Shown: piece by piece, positions 55,453 through 64,000 of the stretch
How positions within the stretch are numbered: position 1 is the stretch's first letter
Layout: every line of letters starts with the position of its first letter
From: a plasmid
Direction: 5' to 3' (one strand)
Sequence record: NZ_CP011600.1
Length of the DNA: 64,000 nt
Notes under the pieces: model-generated
What the model was told of the DNA's origin: nothing
Seen by the model: only the letters and a program-made list of their open reading frames with translations
The model's database searches: none
Position numbers and translations under genes: made by a program

Positions 55453-56705
55453 TATTTACCTCCGTTTGAACGAACAAACTCAATCCGATCGAAGACTGCT
55501 TTAGCAAAGTCCTCAGCTGCTAATTTCGCATTCTTGAGTGCATCACTGCTTCCATCATATGTGACCGGATTGGCTGATATAACAGTATCAAATGTCTCCC
55601 CACTTCGTTCAAAACCATCCAGCCTGGGTAGAACCGCATCCAGCATGTCAGCACCAAAAACTTCCTTTGCCTGACTTAAACAAATTTTATGGTCAGGTTT
55701 ATTCAGTATTTTTGACATGTAACCTATGTTTCCGATAAGCCGACATTCATGCCCTTCGGCCTCAATGCTTCCAATTAGATCAGGAAGACTCGCAACGAAT
55801 TTCAGTGAAGAATGAAAATCGATGGTGGCAGGGGGAAGCGGGGTGAGGAGGATGTCAGCCGCTCCAATGCCATTTTTAAGGAAAGCATCAAGATGGGGAC
55901 CAGTATCAATAAAAATAAAATCGTAATCTTTTTCTAACTTATCGATGATATTTTCTCTGAGCACCGCATGTATGTTTTGACCTGGCAAATTATCGTTGCA
56001 CAGTTCTTTCCACCGTTCAGCCAAAAAAGCATCATCAATTGAAGCCGGAATAATATCGACTCCTGGAATCGTGGTTGGAACGATAAATTCTGACATCAGT
56101 TCTTCACGGCTTACATTCTGAAGCATTGCCTGAGCAGCCGTCTCTTCAACCAGGCCAACTGAAGATTCATGGCGAAGTAACATTGTCAGAGAAGCCTGAG
56201 GATCAAAATCGAGTGCTAAGACTCTGATATCTTCATAGAGAAGATGCGGGTGAGCCCTGAATGCATGTGCAAGCGTGGCTGTAGAAACAGATTTAGACCC
56301 ACCACCTTTAAGATTCGCAACAAAAATTGTGAAAGCTTTTGGATGACGATCTCTGTACTTTGGTACTCCACGGTGTCGATATAAATCGATGACGTTTTGT
56401 AACGTCATCGCATACTTGACGGTATTCCCAGATGGTTTTTTATTGAATTCATAGCCATCTGATTCCATTTCATTCACAGCGTATTCAACACTGCCTTTGC
56501 TTAGCTTGGGTAATTTATAGAGAGATGCTTTGCTGTATACCTGGTAAAATTCATTTTGTTTTAATTCCTGTTTTTCTTCACGAACGTGTTCACTCAATGA
56601 AGTCAACATTTTGTGTGCTCTTGATGCTACCTTCTTCAACTGATCTAAGTTTCGCATGATGTTTACCTGATGACGTTTTTTGTCATTTTGACCAAAAAGC
56701 TTCAT
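55452..56705 (-). CDS. parA: ParA (type Ia Walker-type partition ATPase with N-terminal HTH extension)
   Basis: 417 aa. Deviant Walker A KGGGSKS. Confidence 0.85.
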   Translation of the reverse strand: MKLFGQNDKKRHQVNIMRNLDQLKKVASRAHKMLTSLSEHVREEKQELKQNEFYQVYSKASLYKLPKLSKGSVEYAVNEMESDGYEFNKKPSGNTVKYAMTLQNVIDLYRHRGVPKYRDRHPKAFTIFVANLKGGGSKSVSTATLAHAFRAHPHLLYEDIRVLALDFDPQASLTMLLRHESSVGLVEETAAQAMLQNVSREELMSEFIVPTTIPGVDIIPASIDDAFLAERWKELCNDNLPGQNIHAVLRENIIDKLEKDYDFIFIDTGPHLDAFLKNGIGAADILLTPLPPATIDFHSSLKFVASLPDLIGSIEAEGHECRLIGNIGYMSKILNKPDHKICLSQAKEVFGADMLDAVLPRLDGFERSGETFDTVISANPVTYDGSSDALKNAKLAAEDFAKAVFDRIEFVRSNGGK

Positions 56706-56789
56706 GTTGCAAGATATTATTCATGAGATTTTGGTATTTAGCACATTTCTTTCGAGGTAGTGTTCAACGGGGCATGTCTTTGGTTTAAG

Positions 56790-57410
56790 CATGTGGGAAA
56801 TACCCCAACTTGGAATGCAATTTAATTACTATGGGAAAGAGGCCAAGTTCTTGTAAGGGTTATTTGTGGGAAACACCCCAAGTAAACAAGTTGTGGTACA
56901 AAGTTCCGTCTATCCAGTCAACGAACAGTATCCTGTACTTCCAAGCAGATAATCAGCTCCGTTGACTAATTATGGGAAACTGGCCAACTTATAAGTCAAA
57001 CATTTATACCGCTCGCCGCAGACAAATGACCGAGCAGAGCGAGCGAATGGTCGAGGAAGCGGAATATCCACGGAGTATCAAAATGCTCTTACGCACAAGT
57101 AGAAGACTGACTGGATCATGTAAAATATGGGGAATACCCCAAGTTCTCTTTTAGTTTGTTCACATATCCACAGGCTTATTTTTAAAGGCATTTTTATTCT
57201 TTTTCATTTTTTTATAATTTTTCTACTTTTTAGCATTGCTGCAAGCCTTGGTATTACAGGCCTCAGGAGGGGGATCTATGGGAACGGGGGCAAGTAACTA
57301 TGGGAAAAGCACCGAGTTTATATGGGATTTACACCAAGTTTATATGGGGAACACCCCAAGTTATCATGGGAGATACCCCAAGTTACTATGGGAAACACCC
57401 CAAGTTTTTC
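56790..57410. repeat. about 11 RepFIB-type iterons (consensus TATGGGAAACACCCCAAGTT): 4 dispersed, 1 isolated and a tandem block of 6 at 22-bp spacing
   Basis: Starts near 56792, 56831, 56864, 56971, 57126, 57279, 57299, 57320, 57341, 57365 and 57387. AT-rich tract at 57170-57240 and a DnaA-box-like ATATCCACA at 57156-57164. Confidence 0.75.
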
Positions 57411-57507
57411 ACTCCATGTCACTCTGTGGATAACTCGTTGTTAAAACTTGTCGAATCACAACTATCATGCCATGATATGGGTACTTCAAATCTTACCCAT
57501 ACAGAAA

Positions 57508-58218
57508 ATGACAACTTCAACTGCTATAACTGCTCAAGCAAAAAAAGCAGTAAACATCAGTCAATCCAATGAATTGACTGAGGCTGCTTATCATCTTCCG
57601 TTACAGGCAAAACGAGTTTTATGGTTATGCCTTATGCAATGCTATTTCAACAAGGAGAACCCTGAAGAGGAGTCTCCAGTCTTCACTATTACTGTTGCCG
57701 ATTATCAAAAGTATTTTAAAGTCGGTGTTGATACGGCATCTGGCGATGTTAAAAAGGGAGTGAATCTTCTCGCGGAAAGCAACGTAACTTTTTATCCAAA
57801 AGAAGGGGAATTTGAAGAGCTTAAACGTCCCTGGCTTGCGGAAGCGGGTCTAAAACGGGGTAGGGGAAAATGGCAAATCGAATTCAACTATAAAGTCATG
57901 CCATATCTTATGGGGCTAACCAGCCAATTTACAACCTATTCCCTGTATGATTGCGGCAAGCTTAAGAGCGTTAAGGTAATTCGTTTATACGAAAGCCTTT
58001 GCCAGTATCGTCAGTCTGGAATATGGATAACTACACCAGAATGGCTTTCTGAAAGGTTCATGTTACCAGCTTCGCAAAGGACAAATATGGCGGAGATGAA
58101 ACGAACTTTTCTTAATCCGGCGCTTAAGAATATTAACGAAAGTACTCCCCTTAAGGCATCAATGTCTCAGGATGACAACGGGAAGCTGATTTTTACAATC
58201 TTGGATAAATCGGCCTGA
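57508..58218 (+). CDS. repA: Rep_3-family iteron-binding replication initiator (RepFIB/RepE-like)
   Basis: Start at MTTSTAITAQ (ATG 57508). ...ISQSNELTEAAYHLPLQAKRVL... and RLYESLCQYR match F RepE (VQSNDLTEAAYSL, RLYESLCQYR). Confidence 0.85.
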   Translation: MTTSTAITAQAKKAVNISQSNELTEAAYHLPLQAKRVLWLCLMQCYFNKENPEEESPVFTITVADYQKYFKVGVDTASGDVKKGVNLLAESNVTFYPKEGEFEELKRPWLAEAGLKRGRGKWQIEFNYKVMPYLMGLTSQFTTYSLYDCGKLKSVKVIRLYESLCQYRQSGIWITTPEWLSERFMLPASQRTNMAEMKRTFLNPALKNINESTPLKASMSQDDNGKLIFTILDKSA

Positions 58219-58219
58219 A

Positions 58220-58280
58220 CTTGGGGTATTTCCCATCAGGGCATCGAGAAAGAGAAGTAAAGTTGGGGTGTTTCCCATAA
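58220..58280. repeat. two inverted-orientation iterons downstream of rep (AACTTGGGGTATTTCCCAT, AAGTTGGGGTGTTTCCCATA)
   Basis: Seen in sequence. Confidence 0.6.
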
Positions 58281-58284
58281 ACAC

Positions 58285-58513
58285 TCATCTGTCGTTAAGG
58301 TGATTCAACACCCCAAAAATATGCCGACTAAACGGTTTGGCACTGTGTGTCGGAGGGTCGGTCTGTAGTTTTCCCAGCGTCCTCATTCCCTTATGCTGTT
58401 CAGCTTTACGAAGACAGTACTCTTCATCCGTATATCCCATAGTCTCGATCACTACCTGATGGATGCTTCCAGTAAGGTCCCGGGCGGTGACAATAAAGTC
58501 AGGTAGTACAAAC
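58285..58513 (-). pseudogene. 3' part (76 codons) of the IS-interrupted 444-aa ORF
   Basis: See 59743..60851. Confidence 0.6.
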
Positions 58514-58576
58514 TGAATCGCCACGGGTTTAACAGACACCTCAGAGTCATTTAAGATGGCTTAAAGAGAGGTGCCC

Positions 58577-58855
58577 ATGAGCGGTAAGCGTTATCCCGAA
58601 GAGTTTAAAACTGAAGCAGTCAAACAGGTTGTTGATCGCGGTTATTCTGTTGCCAGCGTTGCAACACGTCTCGATATCACCACCCACAGCCTTTATGCCT
58701 GGATAAAGAAGTACGGTCCGGATTCTTCCACTAATAAAGAACAGTCAGATGCTCAGGCCGAGATCCGCCGTCTCCAGAAAGAGCTGAAACGGGTTACCGA
58801 CGAACGGGACATATTAAAAAAAGCCGCGGCGTACTTCGCAAAGCTGTCCGACTGA
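58577..58855 (+). CDS. IS3-family transposase OrfA (HTH)
   Basis: MSGKRYPEEFKTEAVKQVV...LKKAAAYFAK typical of IS3 OrfA. A7G slippery run at 58816-58823 in the orfA/orfB overlap. Confidence 0.8.
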   Translation: MSGKRYPEEFKTEAVKQVVDRGYSVASVATRLDITTHSLYAWIKKYGPDSSTNKEQSDAQAEIRRLQKELKRVTDERDILKKAAAYFAKLSD

Positions 58856-58911
58856 GGTACGCCTTTATCCGTGACAACTCCTGTTGCTGGCCTGTTCGCC
58901 TGCTCTGTCGG

Positions 58912-59724
58912 GTGCTGGATGTTCATCCCAGTGGTTTTTACGCCTGGCTTCAGCAGCCGCATTCACAACGCCATCAGGCAGACCTGAGACTGACAGGACA
59001 GATTAAACAGTTCTGGCTGGAGTCGGGATGCGTCTATGGTTATCGCAAAATCCATCTGGATCTGCGTGACAGCGGGCAACAGTGCGGAGTAAACAGAGTC
59101 TGGAGACTGATGAAACGTGTCGGAATAAAGGCTCAGGTCGGATACCGAAGCCCGCGGGCACGTAAAGGCGAGGCCAGTATCGTGTCACCCAACAGGCTCC
59201 AGCGACAGTTCAATCCGGATGCTCCTGATGAGCGTTGGGTAACGGACATAACCTACATCAGGACCCACGAAGGCTGGCTGTATCTTGCCGTTGTTGTTGA
59301 TCTGTTCTCACGCAAAATTATCGGCTGGTCCATGCAATCCCGGATGACAAAGGACATTGTCCTGAACGCACTGCTGATGGCTGTATGGCGGCGTAATCCC
59401 GAAAAACAGGTGCTGGTTCATTCGGATCAGGGCAGTCAGTACACAAGCCATGAGTGGCAGTCGTTCCTGAAATCACACGGCCTGGAGGGTAGCATGAGCC
59501 GTCGCGGTAACTGCCATGATAATGCGGTTGCAGAAAGTTTTTTCCAGTTGTTGAAACGTGAACGGATAAAGAAAAAGATCTACGGAACGCGGGAAGAAGC
59601 CCGCAGTGATATTTTTGATTACATCGAAATGTTTTATAACAGTAAGCGTCGGCATGGTTCTAGCGAACAGATGTCACCGACAGAATATGAAAACCAGTAT
59701 TATCAACGGCTCGGAAGTGTCTAG
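58912..59724 (+). CDS. IS3-family transposase OrfB (DDE integrase core), in -1 frame relative to OrfA
   Basis: DDE core ...VTDITYI...HSDQGSQYTS...NCHDNAVAESFF.... Frame is -1 to orfA, consistent with programmed frameshifting. Confidence 0.8.
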   Translation: MLDVHPSGFYAWLQQPHSQRHQADLRLTGQIKQFWLESGCVYGYRKIHLDLRDSGQQCGVNRVWRLMKRVGIKAQVGYRSPRARKGEASIVSPNRLQRQFNPDAPDERWVTDITYIRTHEGWLYLAVVVDLFSRKIIGWSMQSRMTKDIVLNALLMAVWRRNPEKQVLVHSDQGSQYTSHEWQSFLKSHGLEGSMSRRGNCHDNAVAESFFQLLKRERIKKKIYGTREEARSDIFDYIEMFYNSKRRHGSSEQMSPTEYENQYYQRLGSV

Positions 59725-59742
59725 ATTATCCGTGGCGATTCA

Positions 59743-60851
59743 AACCCTTTTTCACCTTCAAGATCCACCTCGATATCAAAAAGAGGCTTTACCAGGCTTA
59801 ACGCCGGCGCATCCGATTTTTTTGACAGCCATTCAGCCGCTTCGGAGAGGCTTTCAAGCGTGCCGCGTTCCAGGCCACTGTCAACTGGCACCGGGCATCC
59901 GCGCCTGAACAGGGCATGCGCATAACCTTCGCTGCAGATCACAGAGCCATCCATACCTCTGCGAAATGCCAGGATCACCCAATAGGGTGGCCGGGCACCA
60001 TCCTGTGCTTCGCCGTTAATACTCAACCCTCGCTCAGGGCGGAAAACCAGCTCACCGTCCGGCCATATGAACGAGACTTCGTCCCGGGAGACCTTTGTGG
60101 ATGTAAAAATCTGAAAGAACATCCGCGTTTTATTGGCGGGCCAGTGTGCATCCGGACGTTCAAGCGTCTTCATCAGTTGTTCCCTGCCGTTTTCGCTAAT
60201 ACCGGGAGAAAATCTTACGATCTCTGACAGCAGACGCCCCCGAATAAATTCATTTTGTTCCGTAACGTTCCTGAGCATGTTTACGGATTCCGAGACACTC
60301 CGGGACGGAATCGGAAACAGAGAGTCAATACGGTTAAGGCCTGCGTCCTCAATAAGAGTTAGCAGCAGCCGCGCTATACGCGGACGGCGGGTACGGCGGG
60401 TGCGATCGTCTTCCGGTTTGGTGGGACGTCCCGGAGCTTTAATGGTGGTACCGGCATCATCCGGAGGCAGGAAATCTCGGTAGCTTATTCGCCTGCTTCC
60501 TGCCGTTTTTCGTGTGCCGACCCGAGTTGCTCCTTCATCACCGCAGAAAGGGCGGTACATACGGCAAGACATATCATGTTCGTGACTGAATCCTGCCAAG
60601 AAGAGAGTGCCAGTATCCTTCATCAGGTTAGCGCTGTTCCGGGCTGGGTGTTCACCATGTACGCAGTCACATTCAAGCCAGGCCTCTTTTTGCCGCATTT
60701 CCTGAAGTACCGAACTGGCGAGTGTCAGTTCGCCAGTAGTTAGCGGCGCGCGAGCGCTGTAGTAAGCCTTGACGGCGTCTTCCTCATCGGGACGCAGCCA
60801 ACGAATTGATCCGCCGGTTGGATTTTTCTTACGAACTAGCTGCATGGCCAT
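59743..60851 (-). pseudogene. 5' part (369 codons) of a 444-aa ORF interrupted by the IS3-family element; 3' part is at 58285..58513
   Basis: Removing the IS plus one AAC copy joins ...DLEGEKGF to VLPDFIVTARDLTG... in frame. The track ORFs 59721..60851 and 58285..58539 borrow their stop and start from IS sequence. Confidence 0.65.
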
Positions 60852-60869
60852 GGATATGTCCTCAGAATG

Positions 60870-61658
60870 TTAGTTACGGGGTTTGTCCTGTGAGTGTTGT
60901 CGGAGCAGGGAAACGGCATCACTTTCGGGCATAGAGAACTGGACGCGATGGCGGGCGGCGACATCAAGCGCAAACACCTTCGTGTAGACTTCCGTTGAGC
61001 TGATTGACTTGTGGCCCATCAGGCTCTGCAGCACCTTGAGTGGAATACCGGCGTACAGCATGTGCATGGCGTAGGAGTGACGAAACGTGTGCAGGGTCAC
61101 CGGTACCGAGAACGACACCCCGTCAGCCGCAGCGGCGTCAGTGGCTTCATTCAGCCACGTCCTCGCCGTCCGGTCGGTAATGTTCCAGAGGCGCGCCTTT
61201 TCGGTCCGGCCGGTGCGTTTGTTTTTGCGCTCGAGCGGAATTTTCAGGGTGGCCACCATCATCTCCAGCTGGCGGACATAGAGGTTATCTGACAGCGGGA
61301 CCAGACGGTGGGGCGTGGCACCGGCGGGCGTACGGCCGGCACTGCGGGCCGCTTTTTCTTCACGTTGTTTGAGGGTGGCCAACTGCACAAACGGATACGG
61401 TGATACCAGCGAAAAATCCCCCCGCGTCAGGGCCAGCGCTTCGTTGATACGTGCGCCGGTGTTCCACAGGGTGGCCAGTAACATCCTGCGGTGCAGATCC
61501 GGGACATAGTGGAGCAGGGCATTGATTTCCGGCGCCAGCAGGTATTTTGGCAGTTCATCCTGTACCAGAGCCATCTGGCGCAGTGCCAGTGCCGCCGGAT
61601 AATCGATGGCCACCGGCAGCTGCGCCGGTGCCGAACCGTAATTCACAAGCTGGGTCAT
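60870..61658 (-). CDS. tyrosine site-specific recombinase (phage-integrase family; ResD/Rsd-like resolvase candidate)
   Basis: C-terminal catalytic region HTFRHSYAMHML...LMGHKSISSTEVYTKV (R-H-R-Y signature). Confidence 0.8.
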   Translation of the reverse strand: MTQLVNYGSAPAQLPVAIDYPAALALRQMALVQDELPKYLLAPEINALLHYVPDLHRRMLLATLWNTGARINEALALTRGDFSLVSPYPFVQLATLKQREEKAARSAGRTPAGATPHRLVPLSDNLYVRQLEMMVATLKIPLERKNKRTGRTEKARLWNITDRTARTWLNEATDAAAADGVSFSVPVTLHTFRHSYAMHMLYAGIPLKVLQSLMGHKSISSTEVYTKVFALDVAARHRVQFSMPESDAVSLLRQHSQDKPRN

Positions 61659-61682
61659 GTTATGTTCCTGTCGGAAGCGGAA

Positions 61683-62192
61683 TTATTCATCCAGGGACCA
61701 GGGGGACGGCAGAGCACACAGCGTGCTGAGTTCCTGAATGATACCGTCACACTCACCGACCAGTTTCTGGTATACGTCAGAGGCGGTTTCACGGTATTCG
61801 TGACCATCCGTATATTCTTCAAATACAGCATCCAGCCGCGCCTCGTGCTGAGTGCGCAGAAAAGCCAACCTGTGAATTCTCAGCTGCAGCACACCATCCA
61901 GGACAGTCCAGTCTCCCTTTACCCTGCTGAAATCCGGCGCCTTGGGCCGTGGCAGAATACCATCGTCCTTAACCGGGAAGCGTGAAAACTCATGACACTG
62001 CACCCGGAATCCTGCCAGGATTATCATCAGCTGGCTGCCGATGTATGCGCGCTCTGAAGCCAGCTTTTTATCTGCAGCCTTTTTTTCGCGTCTGGCGGCG
62101 AAATAATGTGAGAGAAACTGGCTGCCCAGCGCACCACCCATTCCAGCCAGTGCTGTAGCCACCGGCACCCACAACGGAACGACAGCGGTCAT
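61683..62192 (-). CDS. hypothetical membrane-anchored protein (169 aa)
   Basis: N-terminal TM segment. Preferred over the antisense 164-aa ORF by composition. Confidence 0.35.
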   Translation of the reverse strand: MTAVVPLWVPVATALAGMGGALGSQFLSHYFAARREKKAADKKLASERAYIGSQLMIILAGFRVQCHEFSRFPVKDDGILPRPKAPDFSRVKGDWTVLDGVLQLRIHRLAFLRTQHEARLDAVFEEYTDGHEYRETASDVYQKLVGECDGIIQELSTLCALPSPWSLDE

Positions 62193-62229
62193 GGCGTCCG
62201 CTCCGGTTCAGGCCGTAATCTGCTGTTGA

Positions 62230-62640
62230 TCACCATGACCTGCCGCCCGTGTTCTGATACAGCAGTGGCACCTCATCAGACATCATTACATGACGCGTGC
62301 TTTTTCCGTGAAAAATGCGGCGCATCATCGGTGTAAAATCTGCAGGCTCCCAGCCATAGGGCCACGTACAGTAAATCCCGTCCTTAAGCGTGTTATCCCG
62401 TCGCTCAGGGCCGGCAACGATGCGTCTGACCTCAAGGTTCAGCGCTTCACCGCGCAGGCCGTACTGCCCCAGGTAGCGGCGCAGCCGCGTTCGCGGCATC
62501 CGGGGGTCTGATTTTTCGCCGGCATTAACATCCGTAAACTGTGTGATGGTCATAATTCCCGCGCCAAACTTGCGCATGGTTCTTAAGGCGGCAGCCATAT
62601 CGTTCATTCCTGTCTCCGGTGAGTAATCGACTCTGTACAC
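62230..62640 (-). CDS. hypothetical protein (136 aa)
   Basis: ORF only. Confidence 0.3.
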   Translation of the reverse strand: MYRVDYSPETGMNDMAAALRTMRKFGAGIMTITQFTDVNAGEKSDPRMPRTRLRRYLGQYGLRGEALNLEVRRIVAGPERRDNTLKDGIYCTWPYGWEPADFTPMMRRIFHGKSTRHVMMSDEVPLLYQNTGGRSW

Positions 62641-62664
62641 CCTGTTACCTGGCGGCAGGGCGGG

Positions 62665-63156
62665 TCAGTAAATCCCGCCTTGACCGACAGCCTCAGCCAC
62701 GGTGTGCCTGTTTTGTTGCACGAACGCGTAAGTGCGCTCACGTACCCCGGTATCACAGAACCCCCAGGAAAGTGCAGCACCAATAATGTCGGCCGGAAGC
62801 GCCATGAAGAACGCCCTGATCTGCTCCGGGGTGGGTTCTTGTGCGACGCCAGACGCAACCAGCAGATCATGAAGCAGCTCCCGGTCGTGATGCCCCTCTG
62901 GTGTGTTGTGCCAGAAGGCTTCACGGACCGCATTCAGGCGCTGATCTTCGGCCCTGTCTTCCGCTTCCTGGCGCATCGTCTCCTGCTCCTGCTGTTCCTC
63001 TGTGGGTGTTGTCTGCTTAAGCAATTCTTCGCAGGAGATACCAGGTCGCCGTGCGGCTGCCTGCAGCAGGACACTCTTCCCCGGGCCGGATGGGCCGGGC
63101 ATCACCGTGTGCACAGGTATCGCCATCTCTGCGGCGGTAAATTTCGAACTGGTCAT
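62665..63156 (-). CDS. small P-loop NTPase/kinase-like protein (Walker A GPSGPGKS)
   Basis: MPGPSGPGKSVLL N-terminal P-loop resembling guanylate/nucleotide-kinase-like folds. Acidic Gln/Glu-rich middle. Confidence 0.35.
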   Translation of the reverse strand: MTSSKFTAAEMAIPVHTVMPGPSGPGKSVLLQAAARRPGISCEELLKQTTPTEEQQEQETMRQEAEDRAEDQRLNAVREAFWHNTPEGHHDRELLHDLLVASGVAQEPTPEQIRAFFMALPADIIGAALSWGFCDTGVRERTYAFVQQNRHTVAEAVGQGGIY

Positions 63157-63292
63157 GGTTGCCTTCCTTCACTATTGTGACTGCGGATGCTGTCCGCTTT
63201 CTGTGACGATAAACGCGCCCGCCCTTGTTCCTTCGCCTGTTGAGAAATCCTGTCAGCACGGGTCAGCCAGAGCACGGAATGACGGTCAACCC

Positions 63293-63637
63293 TCAGCGTG
63301 GCCGGGGTGTTTTCGGCTTCTTTCTGTCCTCTGCCACACTGAGCTTTTCTTTATATTTGCGGATCCTTCCCCCCAGAGAAGAGAGGGAAGCCGGATGATT
63401 TAAGGTGTACCGAGGTTGTCCTGTACAGTGGATTTTCAGTAAGCCTTTACCCTCATCAATCCAGATAAAAAGGCAGCGCCCTATTTTTACCGGCTCCGGA
63501 CTGGCATCAAGCACTTTTTGCGCATCCTCGAGAGTAAACTCGTGAGGAAATTTCCCGGCATCAGCCGCGCGCAGGACATCCTGTGCGGTATGTTTCATTA
63601 TTTGCCCCTTAAAAAACGGATGGAATGTCGGATTCAT
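63293..63637 (-). CDS. hypothetical protein (114 aa)
   Basis: ORF only. Basic C-terminus. Confidence 0.3.
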   Translation of the reverse strand: MNPTFHPFFKGQIMKHTAQDVLRAADAGKFPHEFTLEDAQKVLDASPEPVKIGRCLFIWIDEGKGLLKIHCTGQPRYTLNHPASLSSLGGRIRKYKEKLSVAEDRKKPKTPRPR

Positions 63638-63655
63638 TGTTGTCTGGAAATCCCG

Positions 63656-63991
63656 TCAGCCGCTATAGCAGTCACCCCTGCATTCGTCCTCTGGTGAAAA
63701 CAAACCGTTATCATCAATATAAGGATGAACAAGCATTGTCATCCAGAACCATACATCCTTAAGGAACGCTTCAGAAACAGCGGTATCCTCATCTGGTTCA
63801 TCAATAATCAATCCCGTATCATGTTCGTGATAGAAGATTGTGTACTCCCATTCATCCGGATGACCGACTTGCATGGCGAGCGTTCTTCCTCCTGTTGAAC
63901 GAATCTCACTGCCTCGCCATTTGTCACAATGCGATAGTTCATCGAGATCTGTCTTAGTAGAAAACCAGAGTTCCTGATGAATCAGTTTCAA
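63656..63991 (-). CDS. hypothetical acidic protein (111 aa)
   Basis: ORF only. Confidence 0.3.
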   Translation of the reverse strand: MKLIHQELWFSTKTDLDELSHCDKWRGSEIRSTGGRTLAMQVGHPDEWEYTIFYHEHDTGLIIDEPDEDTAVSEAFLKDVWFWMTMLVHPYIDDNGLFSPEDECRGDCYSG

Positions 63992-64000
63992 TTCAAAAAT

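Larger units (their letters stand above)
58514..59742 (+). mobile_element. IS3-family insertion sequence (1229 bp) with terminal inverted repeats TGAATCGCCACGG and 3-bp target-site duplication AAC
   Basis: Left end tgaatcgccacgggtt at 58514. Right end ccgtggcgattca ending at 59742. AAC at 58511-58513 and 59743-59745. Confidence 0.8.

Noticed and set aside
58285-58539. 84-aa ORF treated as an independent gene
   Set aside because: Its first nine codons come from the IS3-element left end. It is the displaced 3' portion of the interrupted 444-aa gene.

Overview
This window looks like a contiguous stretch of an F-like (MPF-F) conjugative plasmid from an enterobacterium. The GC-rich tra genes and the umuDC/parAB/RepFIB backbone suggest a Klebsiella-type IncF host, but that is inference. 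From left to right: (1) About 1-19.0 kb, minus strand, is the distal-to-proximal part of an F-type transfer operon in F gene order: traH (partial) - trbB - traF - traN - trbC - traU - traW - trbI - traC - traV - traB - traK - traE - traL - traA - traM. It has several non-F insertions: a NusG/RfaH-like gene between traB and traV, three extra ORFs between traW and traU, and a divergently transcribed double ribbon-helix-helix regulator where traJ/traY would be. (2) About 19.1-19.65 kb is an oriT region. It holds an array of 7 direct and 4 inverted ~19-bp repeats, an inverted repeat, and an F-like nic motif GCGTGGGGTGT|GATG. This implies the given (+) strand is the transferred strand and enters the recipient 5' to 3' toward higher coordinates. 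(3) About 19.8-49.9 kb is a leading region with minus-strand genes: lytic transglycosylase, DUF932, hok, psiA, psiB, a ParB-like nuclease, KlcA/ArdB, a DPPY methylase, an HsdM-like protein and many small unknowns. These are punctuated by two families of long GC-rich structured repeats that lie on the transferred strand upstream of genes and look like Frpo-type ssDNA promoters. Family 1 carries a conserved 18-codon N-terminal leader fused to unrelated ORFs. No ssb was found. (4) The leading region is interrupted at about 26.8-39.6 kb by an accessory island: relBE, a Ni/Co-type metal module (His-rich periplasmic proteins, HupE/UreJ, MFS, rcnR-rcnA, YgiW/BOF with G-tract RcnR-type operators), chrBA, and an IS481/ISNCY-like IS. 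(5) About 49.9-58.3 kb is the maintenance backbone: parMR(stbAB)-like with parC-like repeats, a LexA-box-controlled umuDC-like operon, P1-type parAB with parS, and a RepFIB-like Rep_3 initiator flanked by iterons. (6) About 58.5-64 kb holds an IS3-family element (1229 bp, 3-bp TSD) that splits a 444-aa ORF reconstructable across it, a tyrosine recombinase, and small unknown ORFs. All calls rest on ORF structure, RBS inspection and motif or family recognition from memory. No database search was run.
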